A stretch of 63,494 nucleotides of DNA, the filler included, from Asterionella formosa (taxonomy: Eukaryota): NCBI GenBank assembly GCA_002256025.1. It is 26 parts of 26 records of this genome, joined end to end, with 100 filler letters (N's around TTAATTAATTAA, not from the genome) between each part and the next. Parts side by side here need not be neighbours in the genome. Positions count along the whole stretch, not along the records: positions 31,847 to 49,281 come from NKIB01004431.1; positions 49,382 to 50,466 come from NKIB01004433.1; positions 50,567 to 51,651 come from NKIB01004434.1; 23 more parts are not named here. One strand, given 5' to 3'. The translations under genes were made by a program, and so were the position numbers. Below, piece by piece: positions 38,333-51,751 of the stretch. The notes below the pieces were generated by a model that saw only the letters and a program-made list of their open reading frames with translations, did no database searches and was not told the DNA's origin. How positions within the stretch are numbered: the first letter of the stretch is position 1; each line of letters begins with the position of its first letter.

Positions 38333-38831
38333 ATGAAACATCCACCAACACTTACTGTCGATGCCGATGCCCTTATCAATGAATGTGAACTGGCAGAAAT
38401 GTCGCCAAACAGCCAAGACGAGCTGTTGCCAGTGAGTGTAACCAATGTTGGGACAGTATTGTAACCACCCTCGGACTGATAGAAGTCTAACATGACATTT
38501 TCCACCCTCATGCACACAGGCTATTCACATGGCTGCTCTGTTGTATCAATGTCAACTTGGTCATGCTCGTCATTTATGGAGGCGCACGTTGGTCGAATCG
38601 GATGTGTTCCAGGACTGGTGTGCCGTGGCCCGCGCCATGATTCGAAACCAGGGCGTTTCCGACGCGCTCATACTTTGCGAAAGTCGCCATCCAGCTCCAT
38701 TGAATCAATATGCAACTGAAGTAAAGCACGTATGGGAAAGCGGGCAAAGAAAACCTATTCCCTCGACTCCGCCACAATTGACTGAACATGTAGTCAGTTT
38801 TTTGGAATCAGTGGACTTGTTGAAAGCGTAA
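38333..38831 (+). CDS. COP9 signalosome subunit 8-like; exons 38333-38431 and 38520-38831
   Basis: GTGAGT..CAG intron is in frame; LINECELAE...LLY..QLGHARHLWRR resembles the CSN8 'CE..EL...AR.LWKR' pattern. Confidence 0.6.
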
Positions 38832-39904
38832 CTGGTAGGTTTCATTGTATTGATTTGTCGGCAAGGGACAAGAATAAAAGCAGCAAGCACCATAATTTTT
38901 CTTGTGAATGACAAAAACTGTTTAGAGTGGGAAGTTTCACTTGAAAATGCAAGGGCAAACTGCTCTGAGAATGAACAAAATGCACAGAATTTTGGTACAG
39001 GTACCAGGGTGTCCTGTTATCACTGGTGTGGTGATGATCGACGACTTGTTTCCAGATGATATATTGCATAGATTTACTGTGATATCATGATTTCGTATCT
39101 TAGCATTAAATCAATTTACTCGTGTTTACTTCTGTACGCGGGCGAGGAGAATGTAGATTGCAAACTTCGTAGCTCTGTGATGGGAGCTAGCTAAAAGATG
39201 CTCTCATCCTCAGAATCATTCACATACATACAAGTATAACGGTACCGGTAGGCTGGTGTCGGGAAAACCATTTCCTACCGGTATTTGCTTTTCGCGGTAT
39301 ACATACATAAGCATAGCCCTTGGACCTATGCACGAGCTAAAGTGTATGAAATACTATATATGATATTCAGGTATGAATATGATCATTTGATCATACCGGT
39401 ACCTGGTAGTATGAATCCACTCCAGTGCAAGTTGCGGTAAGAACACCAAATAAGAAATCTTGCCTTATTTTCCTCATGTAGGAGTAGCTAAAAATACATC
39501 CAATACAGTATTGCTATATTATTCGCAATGACGTATTTGTGATACCAGTCATAGCGGTACATACGACCAGGAGTACCTAATACCAGTACAGTTCCGGGTA
39601 CCTGGTACCAGTAGTGGCACGACAATATCCAGGGTTTGTAGAAATATGATATACCGGTATACCTCCTGGTACTGTACGCGCTGACTCTGGCTGTCCGCGG
39701 CGTTTTTGACACGCGACATCATGCAAAAGACACACGAAGCAACATTCATCAATCACACCCCCTTCTCATCAGCTAACGGTATGTACCAGGTAGTCTACCG
39801 TGCGTAAAAATTAGTGATCAGATCTAGTACCGGCAATTGAGACCAGCTACAGCCCATTGTCCGGTCTAGCTATCGTATGCGGTCCACCTCAACTGCAACC
39901 AACA

Positions 39905-41725
39905 ATGGCTTCTAAATCCGGCATAGACTACCTCCTCCAGCAAAGAGGCAAGTCCCTGAAGACTGGACAAGAATTGCGAATTGTCCTCGTCAAGGCGTCT
40001 GGAACTCGTCAACAAGCAGATCCCATGGACCCGTCGGCACCTCGGGAAGACTTCCCACTCATTGCCAAGTTTGGTGAATCGACCGTACGGCCAAACTTCA
40101 AAAAGATGGTGCGATTGCATCAGCAAAATGTTCCAGGCTACAAGGTTCGTCCAAGAACTCTCAACTCTAGTTATGTTCATTCTATTTGCGCTAAAAGGAC
40201 GCGACCACCATCACAGATCGTATCTGGAATCTTGGCTGTGACGTGATCCGATGTCACTATAATTGCTCCTGCTCACAAATCATTTTATCCTAACCCTCCG
40301 AATTCACAGGACGACTCTGGGGATGAAGAAGCCATTGCTGACGCACCCAAAAAGAAACGCCGCTACCGTCGCAACGAGGCTCCCAAACGGCAATGGCTCC
40401 TGCAGGAAGAAACGGATTACCTCCAACACCAAATTTCTAAACACGAAATGAAAGAAACATTTAAATTCGATCCAAATCAGCACTCCACGAGATATGAAGG
40501 CATTTCTGAGTTTAATGCCTCTCATTATATACTACTCTCGGCCTCAGCATCTGGTGAAATTTCCCTCACGACGTTAGCGCCTCCCCACGCTGTGCAAGCC
40601 TTTCGTCAACCAGCAGCGTCCGTTGCCATGAGCATGACGGAAGCAGAACAAGCCATTCAGGATTCTCGTTCGACCATGACACGATACATGATGCACAAAA
40701 AACCAGGTCAACCTGCGGTAGGAAACTCCAAAATGCGTCTATTTAGCAAGCTGCAAAATATGGCCAAGTCCTTGGACCCAGATATAGAAGAAGACGACGT
40801 CATGGGTGATGTCAAGTTTGAAACACGCAAAGGTGGTGGGTCAACAAAGGCGAGAAAGGAGTTGCTATCGACGCTCGGTGACGGGGTATCCATGGACCAA
40901 GAAGGCGTATTGGGTGGTGCAAATGATCAAGAGTTTGGAGGAAAGCGCCGCTTCAACGAACATCAATGGGAGGGTGACATTAAGACTGGTGCGGCCAAGG
41001 GATCGTCGGCTGGCAACGATGGCATGGCCATGGCTGATGACTTTTATCAAAGAGATGTAAAGGCAGAGTATGAAGAATTAGATTATGATGCGAATGACCA
41101 GTTTGATGATGATGATGTGGACATGGCGGAAGGGGAAGTTCAAGTAGAAAGGGGTGGGTTCGGGGATGAGATCGACGATGAGGATGAATATGAAGACGAG
41201 GAAGACGAAGAGGATACAAAAGGACTAGCTAGCACAGCAGGATTGAAAGCAATGTTGGCTAAGGCGAGAGGAGAAACAAAACAAGAAGGCGAACCAGAAA
41301 CCAAAGAGGGTGAGAAACACGACGATACCAGTTCGACACGGGCTTCGTCACCAGAACCCGAAACAAGTAGGAGTGAGCAAGTGCCCTTAGCTCAAGTCAT
41401 GGCGGCCGCTGAACGCAGCCGTGATGCGGCTGTCAAAAAAGATAACAGCAGCAAGGAGAAGAAGGTCAAGCCTACAGGGGTTGAAATCGACGAACATGGA
41501 CAGCGCATGCTTTCTTTGGAAGCAGTACAGCGGGAAATTTGGTTGCATCATGGCAAAATTACAACTAAGCAGTTGATGAAAATATTTAATATCAAGAAAA
41601 AATCAGCCCCTGATCGCAAATTGCGCTTTCAGGAACTCATCAAAGAGCTTTGTTCGATTCTGGATGATCCCGTCCAGGGACGCATGTTGCAGTTAAAGCA
41701 GCACTATGCTACTTTACGCGGCTAA
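39905..41725 (+). CDS. Transcription initiation factor TFIIF alpha subunit (RAP74/Tfg1)-like; exons 39905-40144 and 40310-41725
   Basis: W.L...RYEG..., MSMTEAEQ, an acidic middle region with ELDYD..DQFDDDD, and a C-terminal winged-helix-like segment; intron joins in frame. Confidence 0.7.
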
Positions 41726-43937
41726 TGTAATGTTTCCATGCACAATTGCTATTGCTTGCTTCTCATCTGACTCCTATAAAGAGCCATGCTGGAGATAGGA
41801 TGGCTGTGGTACACTGCTGCAATATCAGGTTACCAGGTATAAGACATAATGAGCACTGGTACCTAATAGGAGTACCAGGTACCACCAAAAAAGGAGAGCC
41901 AACAGTAAAACAACTAAATTCATCTTTTGGTCTAATATGCTACTAGATATGAACATAATTCCTCAAGCAATGTTATGGCAATTTATCTATTTACCAATAA
42001 TGGTTGTAATTCCAACTCATCACATCTATCTTGCATAACTTACTTAATAGGCCCAAAGGTTGCTGTTGATGAGAAATGGAGTGAACAAGCTAAATCAATT
42101 TTTGCTCCATTCATCTGGCATCACATTATACATATACATGTGTGTTAATATGTTTCTATTGGAAATTAGGTTAGTTTTCAAATATATTGTTTTACCAGTC
42201 CAAAATATGCAACAGCATCATGTTGCATACTCCCCACAGCACCATTATTAGTCAATGACATTTGACATGGAGAACACAAACTCACCACCACAATCACTGG
42301 TAAAATGAGTGGAAACAAGAGGGATGACTGGACAGGTGAGAACTTGAAGTGATTGATTTGTGAAGTCAGTACAAATTCATGAAGAATATACTAGGGTTAT
42401 GATATGCATGTAAAACCTGGGCTATCAACAATCAAGTAAAGAAAACGCAAATTTTTGGGGGTAACAAAACTTCATGTATATAGTTTAAAAAGTATGTACT
42501 GGTAGACATGAATATTGCAAGTCACAATGGATTTTTTAAAGTGGCTTAGATCTGCCTCAAGATCTCCATAAAAGTATGTTCTACTTAAGAACTGCCTATT
42601 ACATGATAGGTACTATCCTGTCTCTAGCGTCTACCATAAAAATCGTACTTGATTCAGTAACTTCTATAATTTTAGACTAAAACGAGGTGATCAAAAATTG
42701 GCCATTAGTTTTAAGGTGGTACCAGTAGCATAATTCAACTTGAGCCATTGTTCCTCTTCCTTAATTTTTTATGACTGTTTTGATTTCTATTTACCTGATA
42801 GAGTATACCATAGCTACTACAATATACAGGCACCACGATTACTATGTATACTCATCTGCTCCATATATTTTTAATGATTATGTATGGTATTTACTGGTAT
42901 ATGTATTGGCTGGGTGACAGGCATCCAAATCAAATCCAAACAGGCAGTTTCTGTACACCATACCAACACAGTAGCAGATAATGTGCCATAAGCACAGATC
43001 ATCATCATAAGTCATCAATAAATCGACCATTGGGAACTCATCTATCTCTAGTAATGGCTGCTGTACTAAAAACAATGGCGAATGAGTCTCCAACTTACCA
43101 CTCATGGTAGGTAAATGGAGAACTTCGAGCTACTGTACCTTATGATTTATTTTCTAATCATAATGGACAACCCTATGATTATACAGCAGTCTATAATAAC
43201 TATAAGAAAACATAAATAGCTTGTTAACTTAGAGGTGAACCTCATGAGAAGCCGTTATAAAACTACTAATGGCCTCAAGGTCCAAATTCCTGATCTAAAC
43301 AGTCGAATCAGATGCAATAGTAGTCACGAGAATCTTGCATTGCAGATTTAAACAGAGCGTTTCTGTATCACTTTGTCTACTGAGTATACAATGAGCTGCA
43401 AGCAGATGAAAACAACAAGAATGGTTAGAGACTCAGGAGATTGACCTTAATGAGGACTGAAATCAATCAAACAGCATCATTAAATTGAGAAATGCACAGC
43501 CTACATTTAAGAAATACACAATGAAACAAACAAAAATAAAAATCCAGGTTCTTGTTCCACCTGCAAGACAAGTGTCATTCAAGAACTCGGATACAAACAC
43601 TGATGGCGATTTTTTAACAAGACTACAAAAGAGGGAGTGACCACCACAAATTTACCCACTATCCTACCTTTCTGGGCCGCCATGGAGTATAATGAAGTCA
43701 ATCCTGTTTGTAGCTAGGCTAGTTGCACTTTTGCACTATAAAAATTATTTTTACATAATATGTATTAGGTCTGCGATGCAGTTGTATATACAGCTGTCCT
43801 TTTGAAAACCAAAAAGCTGGTGGGAAGCATACTTTATCAAAAACAATTCAATGAAATGATGATAGTTCTAGTTTGACTAGCTACTAGTACACTAGGGCAG
43901 CCCATGAACAAATTGATTGATCATCCTTATTGCACCA

Positions 43938-44040
43938 GTGCCAATGCGCGCATTGCAGAGACCCTCAAGGTCATCAATTGTGTCGTGACTATGCTTGATC
44001 TCCACGATAGTTCAATTGGTGCTGACGGTGACAATGCCAA
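43938..44040 (+). repeat. Isolated degenerate single LRR unit of the family at 260-935
   Basis: cattgcagagaccctcaaggtc...cttgatctc...tcaattggtgctgacggtg translates to IAETLKVINCVVTMLDLHDSSIGADG. Confidence 0.75.
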
Positions 44041-46038
44041 CGGAGAGGCACATGATTTTCAATATTAGATTTCAGAGTAAGGAACTGAGATATGATTGGC
44101 TGCTTTACACGATTTCGACTGTTAAGTCGACTACCGTAGTATGGCTGGATGGAAATTCCAGAAACCCCGGGTAACCTTGTGTAGGCCTGGTATATCAATT
44201 TACCATAACCCTAAATATTATATATTCTGCGCCTTATTTCGCTAGCAAAATGCCTATCATCATAGCGCTCACATGTCATTGCTTTCTCTTACTGCCATTA
44301 CTTTAAGCCCCTTCAAAACACGGTTATAGCATTGAAATTATTTACCAAAATACTTAATGTGTTTAAAAACAAATTTAGTTTCACTTATCGAATAATTATG
44401 TGATCAAACCAATAATTATGTGCATTTGTAACAATTTTTTCTTACCAACTAGCCCTCACAACAGTATTATGGCGAAATTGCGTCACTTCACGGCAATAGT
44501 ATGCTGGTCGCACCAAATAAGAAAATAAAGAGTCCCCGCTCAATTTCGATTCAATTTTTTCCTCTTTCACATTGGTCTTTGATATCAACTGCCAAAGAGC
44601 AATTCATTTTTGGCGCCAATACTTGCATCCACGGCTACGCAAATTTTCGGTACATTACAATCAATCGATTCTCAGCTGATAAATAACTATTTCCACATCT
44701 TTTGCTTCAACTAATCATTTCATTTGTATAGTCGTTTTCTTATTCATTGCTCAGCTACTGCGAAAATGTCAGCAACAGCGTCGTTTTGGATTGTGCAGCT
44801 CTTGATTAGTATGTAGAAAAAATGTGTCATCGGCGACAAATTTTGTTGTCAATATTAGTGTTATAACAATACTTTTTTTTACGGTTGTATTGTCTTTGTT
44901 ATGCGTGATACATATACCAAATAGGAAAGCGTCGTTTTCAATTTTCGTAGAGATTTCTGCTATTTTCGTCATGGTCAAGGCTGAGACGACATGATTCAGG
45001 ATGCTCCAGCCGATCACAACGACAACACTGTAGTGTTTTGTATATACAAAAGAATCTCATTATTGAATTAGCTGGTGGAATGGCAGTGCTGCTGTTATCA
45101 GGCGGAGGTGAAAGGAAGAATCCTGCCGGAGGCCAACAAGCTTGAAAGGTGCTCCCTCTTGGTTTGCTCAATGACTTAACATGATTGCTTGCCTAGGTAT
45201 GTTGATAGTTTTAATCAAGATTCAAGAAGAGCTTGCGAAATGGCAGTGCTGCTGTTATCAAGAGGAGGTGAAAATTGTGCCAGGCAAAGACAAGCTGAAG
45301 TGGTGCCCTGCCCACCAATTGGGCTTTGCTATATTGCCTTGCGTTCCTTCTAGCTAGTGCCAGCATTATACTATTAGCTGCATTGCTAGTAATAAAATAG
45401 AACATGAACACTTTATTTCCATTTATTTAACAACTGCTTGTATTTTGTTTGACTTTTTTTTTAGAAATTACTTGATTGTAAATTCTCTATTCCCAGCCAA
45501 TTTTCTTTGGATGGCTTCTACATTTTGTTAGACCTTCTGCTGTCTGCCACATTTCTATAATTGTAGCTGTTTATACCTGTATATACAGGTATGTGCATTG
45601 ACAAGGCAACAGAATTGATGCCTTGAATTATTGAGGCACAAATCCACCAGAAGGTACAGGCAGTATGTACTGGTGTTCGGTATAAAAGGGTTTGGCAGGC
45701 CATGCGCGCCCATCTTCAATTCCTGTCGTCGTCATCATCACCGATACATAATAATAATACCGGTACATTGCCGGTTTACATATATAGTACACATACATTA
45801 TATACATACCGGAATATACCGGTGTATGAAAACAGTTTATTTCGGAGCTTCCCGTCATTTTTTAGGCTTATGTCGCCCAACCAAATTCATTTTCTCACGC
45901 ATCAATTGTGACGAGGAAGTGAGTTTTATCTGCCAATCCGGTTCAATCTCAATTTTGATGTGACGAGGGTACCATACCGGTAGTAGAATCCTTTTTGGTT
46001 CACATTGGCTACAGTATCAATAGGAAAAACAACTTTCC

Positions 46039-47145
46039 ATGTTTGCCGTATCGACTGATTCTGTCTCGTGCACGGCACCACTTCGTTCCAGTTGCCGCTG
46101 GCCCCTCGCCATTGCTGTCACAATCTTTATTTTTTTGGCAAAGGCGGATATGAATTGGGGGATCAATCTGAAATTCACGGACAAGCATTCCAATAAAACC
46201 ATGTCTGGTCTGCCGACAATGGACGATGGCACCAAAAAAGAGATGCCCGTTGTAGGGGGAACACTGCAGATGGAAGCCTATGATGAGCACGAGAAACAGC
46301 ATCGTGTGGCGCCTTCAAATTGGATTGATTCGCATCATTCCATGGAAGAAACCATCATTATTGTTCTATCTACACGTTTTCACTTTGAAACGAGAGCTGT
46401 GATTTGAGACACCTGGGCTAACCAGAAAACCAATGTATACTTTGTCATTGGCGACGAATGCCCGTACCCTCCTGATCAAAGGCTGAACAAATATTCATGT
46501 GAACTAGACCCCAACCAAGTGCATGAATTCAATGTCACGTACACAGAACAGCTTAAAATAGAAAGCAGGATGATATCTGAAGAACAGGAATCCTTTCGAG
46601 ACTTGATCTGGACCCCAAAGCCTGACAGCTATAGGGAGTTACCAAATAAGGTCAAGGAAGCCTATTCATGGATTATCTCCAATATGCCCACTGCCAAATG
46701 GATTGTAAAAACTGATGAAGACATGTATGTCCGGGTCGATAGGTTGGGAAAATATCTGCAAACCAAAGATGCAGCAAAGTACATGGTTGTCGGTAAAATT
46801 CTAACAAATTCCAAGCCACGTAAGTTTGGGAAATGGAAAGAGTCAAATTATTTCAATACATACTATCCCAGTTTCCCCCAGGGATCAAATGGGCATGCAG
46901 TTTCTAGATTTGTGGCAGAATATATTGCAATAAATAAGGAAACTCTGGTTGATTATCAGGGAGAAGATGTATCTATTGGCATTTGGTTGGATGTATCCCC
47001 GTACAAGGCAAAGCTGAAGTGGGTGGAGTCGTCGCAATTCGCTATTCTAAAGTCTCCCAGTGGGAAAGTTCGATCATGCAAAGACAATGATTTTGTTGTC
47101 ATTGGCCATAAGATGAGCCCTAGTGCAATTAAATTGTGTTTTTAA
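46039..47145 (+). pseudogene. Beta-1,3-galactosyltransferase (GT31) with premature TGA at 46405-46407
   Basis: N-terminal TM; RAVI*DTW (family R..IR.TW), DSYRELPNK, KTDEDMYV, GKW, GEDVSIGIW. Confidence 0.82.
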
Positions 47146-50100
47146 CATGATGTGAAGGCATTACCCCAAGAGGGCAACAAGCTACATTCTCCGTAAACTA
47201 TAGAAAGCTATTTTCCACTAAATTGGTTGAAGTACTGGAGTATTAAACATGTTCAAAAATGATTAGTTGCTCCGTATTTGTTGGTCACCTTCCAGCAGCT
47301 GCCAATCCAGTGGCACAAATTGTTATTGTTATTGCTGGTTCAGGAGGTCAGGTGTATATTGATGAGATTGGTCAAGGTGGTAGTGTACTAGATGAGGTGG
47401 TACCAGTGAAACCAGCAGGCAGAGCAGAATTTGATGACAAAGGCTGGTCAGCAGAGGAATAAGGAACTCCCACTGTTCAACTATAGTTGCAACCAAACTT
47501 TAGGTCACTGCCTCTCATGAAGTGCAGGCTCCGATATTTCTCCGGCTAACAGCCCTTCCTACTGATAAATTATTCTGAATCGAATGGTGTATATAATATA
47601 TGTTCTAAGTAGTGAACCTGCCCTGATTTTTTCGAACGCTTTTCGTAGAATTCGACTCGATTGCAATGTTTGCTCTGGACCCCCCTTTTCGTTGACCCTT
47701 TGTTAGAATGGAAGATATTCTTTATATAAGATTAAATAAGCCCCTGTCTGGCAACACCTTGTCCATTTCAGGAAAATGACTGCAACTTGCTGGCAAATCT
47801 AAATCATATCTGCACATGGCAAGTGCTCGATGTGAATGATGGAAGCATGATGATGAGATTTCCAAAATACCGGTAGTTTACCAGTGAAAACACTATCTTC
47901 ATTACTAATGCTACTTCTCTGTTCCAGTATAGTTGCACCCTACCTTTAGGTCACTGCTTCACATGAAGCACAACCTCCAATAATTCTCTGTCTAGTCGCA
48001 CCTTCAGATTGGGTTCTGAAATGCTTGACAAGGCGATCGAATCAAAACAGATTACTTACAACAAATGTCCAAACTGCCAAGGAGATAGCTGCCCAGCAAC
48101 AATATGATGCCCTTCTGAATCGCGTGGAGACTGTGAGGAGAGCAAGCCCAAAGGAAAAATAAGCCTTCAACATTTCCGCGTTGAGAACCCTTGTGATGTG
48201 TTATAAATGTGACAGTGATGCAGAGAAGAATTTCCCAGGCCCTTCCCATTGACAAAGGTGGTGCAGGTGTGAGGAAAGGAAGGGGGGAATGCCCGGAAAG
48301 AGGCATTCAACAATGAATTTTCATCAGAAGAATGAAATCTATGTTTTTCTGTTATTTCATAATAATTATTATAAAATGTTGTTGTTGTACTCCGTGATCC
48401 CTGTAGAACATAAATTAATTCTATGGTATTAAGATATTTTTATATACCGCTTTGAACCTCTATAACGGATAAATGCATCATTGTAAACAATCAGTTGGCA
48501 AATAAATCTTAAAGTACGCTTTTATTGAAACTCGAATCTAATGGAGTACTTGGAGTTGCACTAGGGCCCATATGGGCCCCAAGGGAATGACAAGTGAGGG
48601 TGAGTCCATGGAGGAAGTCTTAGGGGTTGCAGTTTGGAGGTAAAACAACCGTAGAGATTGTGAGCTAGAAGGGCAAGGAGCGCATTCGAGGGCTCTTAGA
48701 GGGTTTGGAGTCATGTGTAGAAAAGTGGAGGGAAAAGCGAGCAGACTGGAAGGCCAATTTGGGAGAGTAATATTGAAAACAGAATCCAGGAGTTGGTAGA
48801 ATCAGTATGAGGAGTGTAGTATCATCTCAATGAAGACATGCTGATAAGAGAGCAAGAGTGAAGGGTCTGGGAGGACACAGAAAGTATTTTTGGCAAACTG
48901 TATGTCATTTCGGTTAATTTGAATTGAGAAGCCTGGCAGTCGATTGCCAGGATGAAATGTAGTAGGCAGAACAAGGTTGAAGCACATCCGATGGAATCCA
49001 TTGGCTGGAGTGCATGCAGAGTAATGTTAAAGTGAGCTCATCTACGTAGTTAGGACTCGGAGTCAAACGAGTCAAACGATTCGAATGAGTCAACTTTGAT
49101 GTACCAAGCTCTCATCAACCACACATTATACTTTGTTACTCCGACTATAATGAGCCGGACAATATAAGCTATTTCGGAAGACCGATAGTTTGAAATGAAT
49201 GATCATGGTTAAATACCTATGATCAGTAAGTGTGAGATAGACATGGGTCTATCTATGATTGTATGTTCCTAGAAATGCAAANNNNNNNNNNNNNNNNNNN
49301 NNNNNNNNNNNNNNNNNNNNNNNNNTTAATTAATTAANNNNNNNNNNNNNNNNNNNNNNNNNNNNNNNNNNNNNNNNNNNNGTTACACACTCAATCAAGA
49401 AGATTGTTTTCAATCTGTGATCTCTTGATAATAGGCGATTGCGAACTTGTTAAATAATACATGCGCAACCCCCTAAACAGGAAATTTCCCTCTGCTTCGT
49501 ATACTGCTTAAAGTAAACCTGTAAAAGTATCAGGGGTTTATTGTTTGTAATCACCATGAAGCAGCACCTCTTTGTTTCGAGACCGGATTGCCGATAACAC
49601 ACACGACGATACTGATCGTTTTTTTTCTGCGATTTTCTCATTCGTTAGAGAATTCCCTCCGCTAATTAATTGTATGTGCTTCTTATGATGTATCCTCATC
49701 ACTGGATGTTCAAGATCAGGAAATCTCGCCATCAGTCGTGTGATAATTTTTTTTCTATAATTACCGGTCATTTACGCCAGTACAAATTCCGGTTAAAAAG
49801 CAGTGGTATACCAGGTAACCAGGTTACCTGGTAGGAGCACCATGTAAAGGTACCAGTTAAAAACTGGAAGCCACCGTTATTTTACTCCATCTTCCGACTG
49901 AAAAAATTTATTGAATTTATCAATCGACCTGATGCAAGTACGAAGCGTATGTTCGACGATTCACTATATATACTCAACGGATAAGTAATCAGTTTCGATT
50001 CAGTGTATAAAGCCATGAAGATCTAATTTTTTCAAAGAATGTTGCATAGCGGTGGCTCAGAGTGCATATTTTTCTATTCATACATGAGTATATTTTCCCC

Positions 50101-51751
50101 CCAAACCGTGATTATTTTTACTCCGTTTATACTACAGAAATTCTTTTCGCGCGATACAATATACATTTTGCGCTTGCATCATCACAAAATCTTTTCTGAC
50201 GCATACTGTATTCGAAAGAATGATGACCTCGTACCCCTAATTAATTATACTAAATTAATTCTATCGGAAGAACATTATCATTCTTGTAAATGTACGTGTA
50301 CAGTTCTTGGTCCCAGGTCACCTGGACACCTTGACACCTGGTACCAGGTACAAGGTGAGCGATCTTGCGCATCAATACAGATGTATATAAAGTTAGGGTT
50401 ATATCAAATATATCAGTACTTGACTAACACCTATTGTTTACTTTGATGTCAACTTGGGAAACAAACNNNNNNNNNNNNNNNNNNNNNNNNNNNNNNNNNN
50501 NNNNNNNNNNTTAATTAATTAANNNNNNNNNNNNNNNNNNNNNNNNNNNNNNNNNNNNNNNNNNNNTGAATAAATTTTATGTATCCATTTAAATAATTTT
50601 TTCATCCAATCTCATTGTTGTCATGGTTGAGTTCATTCATGATGAACTTGAAATCGAAGTCCATTGCACAGTGATGATTGTGAAATCATTGTAGTAGCTT
50701 AATTATAACTGCTATAGGACTGTATTTGCGGCATTCCTCTAAAGTTTCAACTCCAGATAGCCCACTGTCAAGCTAAAGAGCTTCTGCACGTGAATTGGTT
50801 GGTCATGTAGGCGTGGATTTGCCATGCTTAACACTAAATAGGTCATATATAAACAAAATCATGTGCTCTCGCACTGCTTGATTTGTTTACTGATAGCGCT
50901 GATCATGGCAGTTATGTTGATAAATCAAATGGTGCTGGAGGTTGTAAAATTGTTGAATAAACCAACAGAATAATACTGACATTGTCAATGTGATTTTAAC
51001 AAGCGTTTTTAGGTGCAAAATATTATATACATAGAGTCAGGGGTTTTGCTAATACTAGGCCTACGGGGCCTACCTTGCGGCCCCAAAGATTGCACCCAGC
51101 CATAGTCCGATGGCATAGTAATGTTGAAGCAAGTACAAAGGTTATTGTAGCTTGTCCTCTCAGGTACCACTAGATCTAATTATAACTTGGGTGAGGTCAA
51201 TATTTTTTGAGATATAAAAGTTTTCAATGTCATCGTTTTGCCTTGTAGGGATGGTGACTCTCAGTATTTTGGTTTTTACTAGTACATAAATGAGGATTTC
51301 CCGATTACCCTATTGTTGCCACAAAACCTTTTTGATGCCACGCAATTATTAGACCATTACAGATTACTACCCTTTTATTTATTGTCCCTTTTGATGTTTT
51401 CTTCCCATAATAATAGTTGATTTTGATGATACTCCACCATCAATTTTTGGTTTTGGGTCAAATGCAACTTCAGTTATTTATTTTAGTGATGGTTTAAGTG
51501 ATATTTAATTACTTCTATCGCGTGACAGCCTTCCACTTGTTGTTGTTTGACAATCCTCATACATAAAATATGTAGATCATAGTACAATACTTGCTGGCTA
51601 TGAAGCTGTGTAAAGAATGTTATGACAGTGTTGCTGATCAACCAAGGCATTNNNNNNNNNNNNNNNNNNNNNNNNNNNNNNNNNNNNNNNNNNNNTTAAT
51701 TAATTAANNNNNNNNNNNNNNNNNNNNNNNNNNNNNNNNNNNNNNNNNNNN

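Noticed and set aside
45075..48000. Short degenerate duplications (~45080/45240 and ~47480/47930)
   Set aside because: Two-copy, highly diverged and without termini; nothing further can be supported.
49024..49281. Possible LTR start (TGTTAA...)
   Set aside because: Truncated by the contig end; no second copy, PBS or PPT to confirm.
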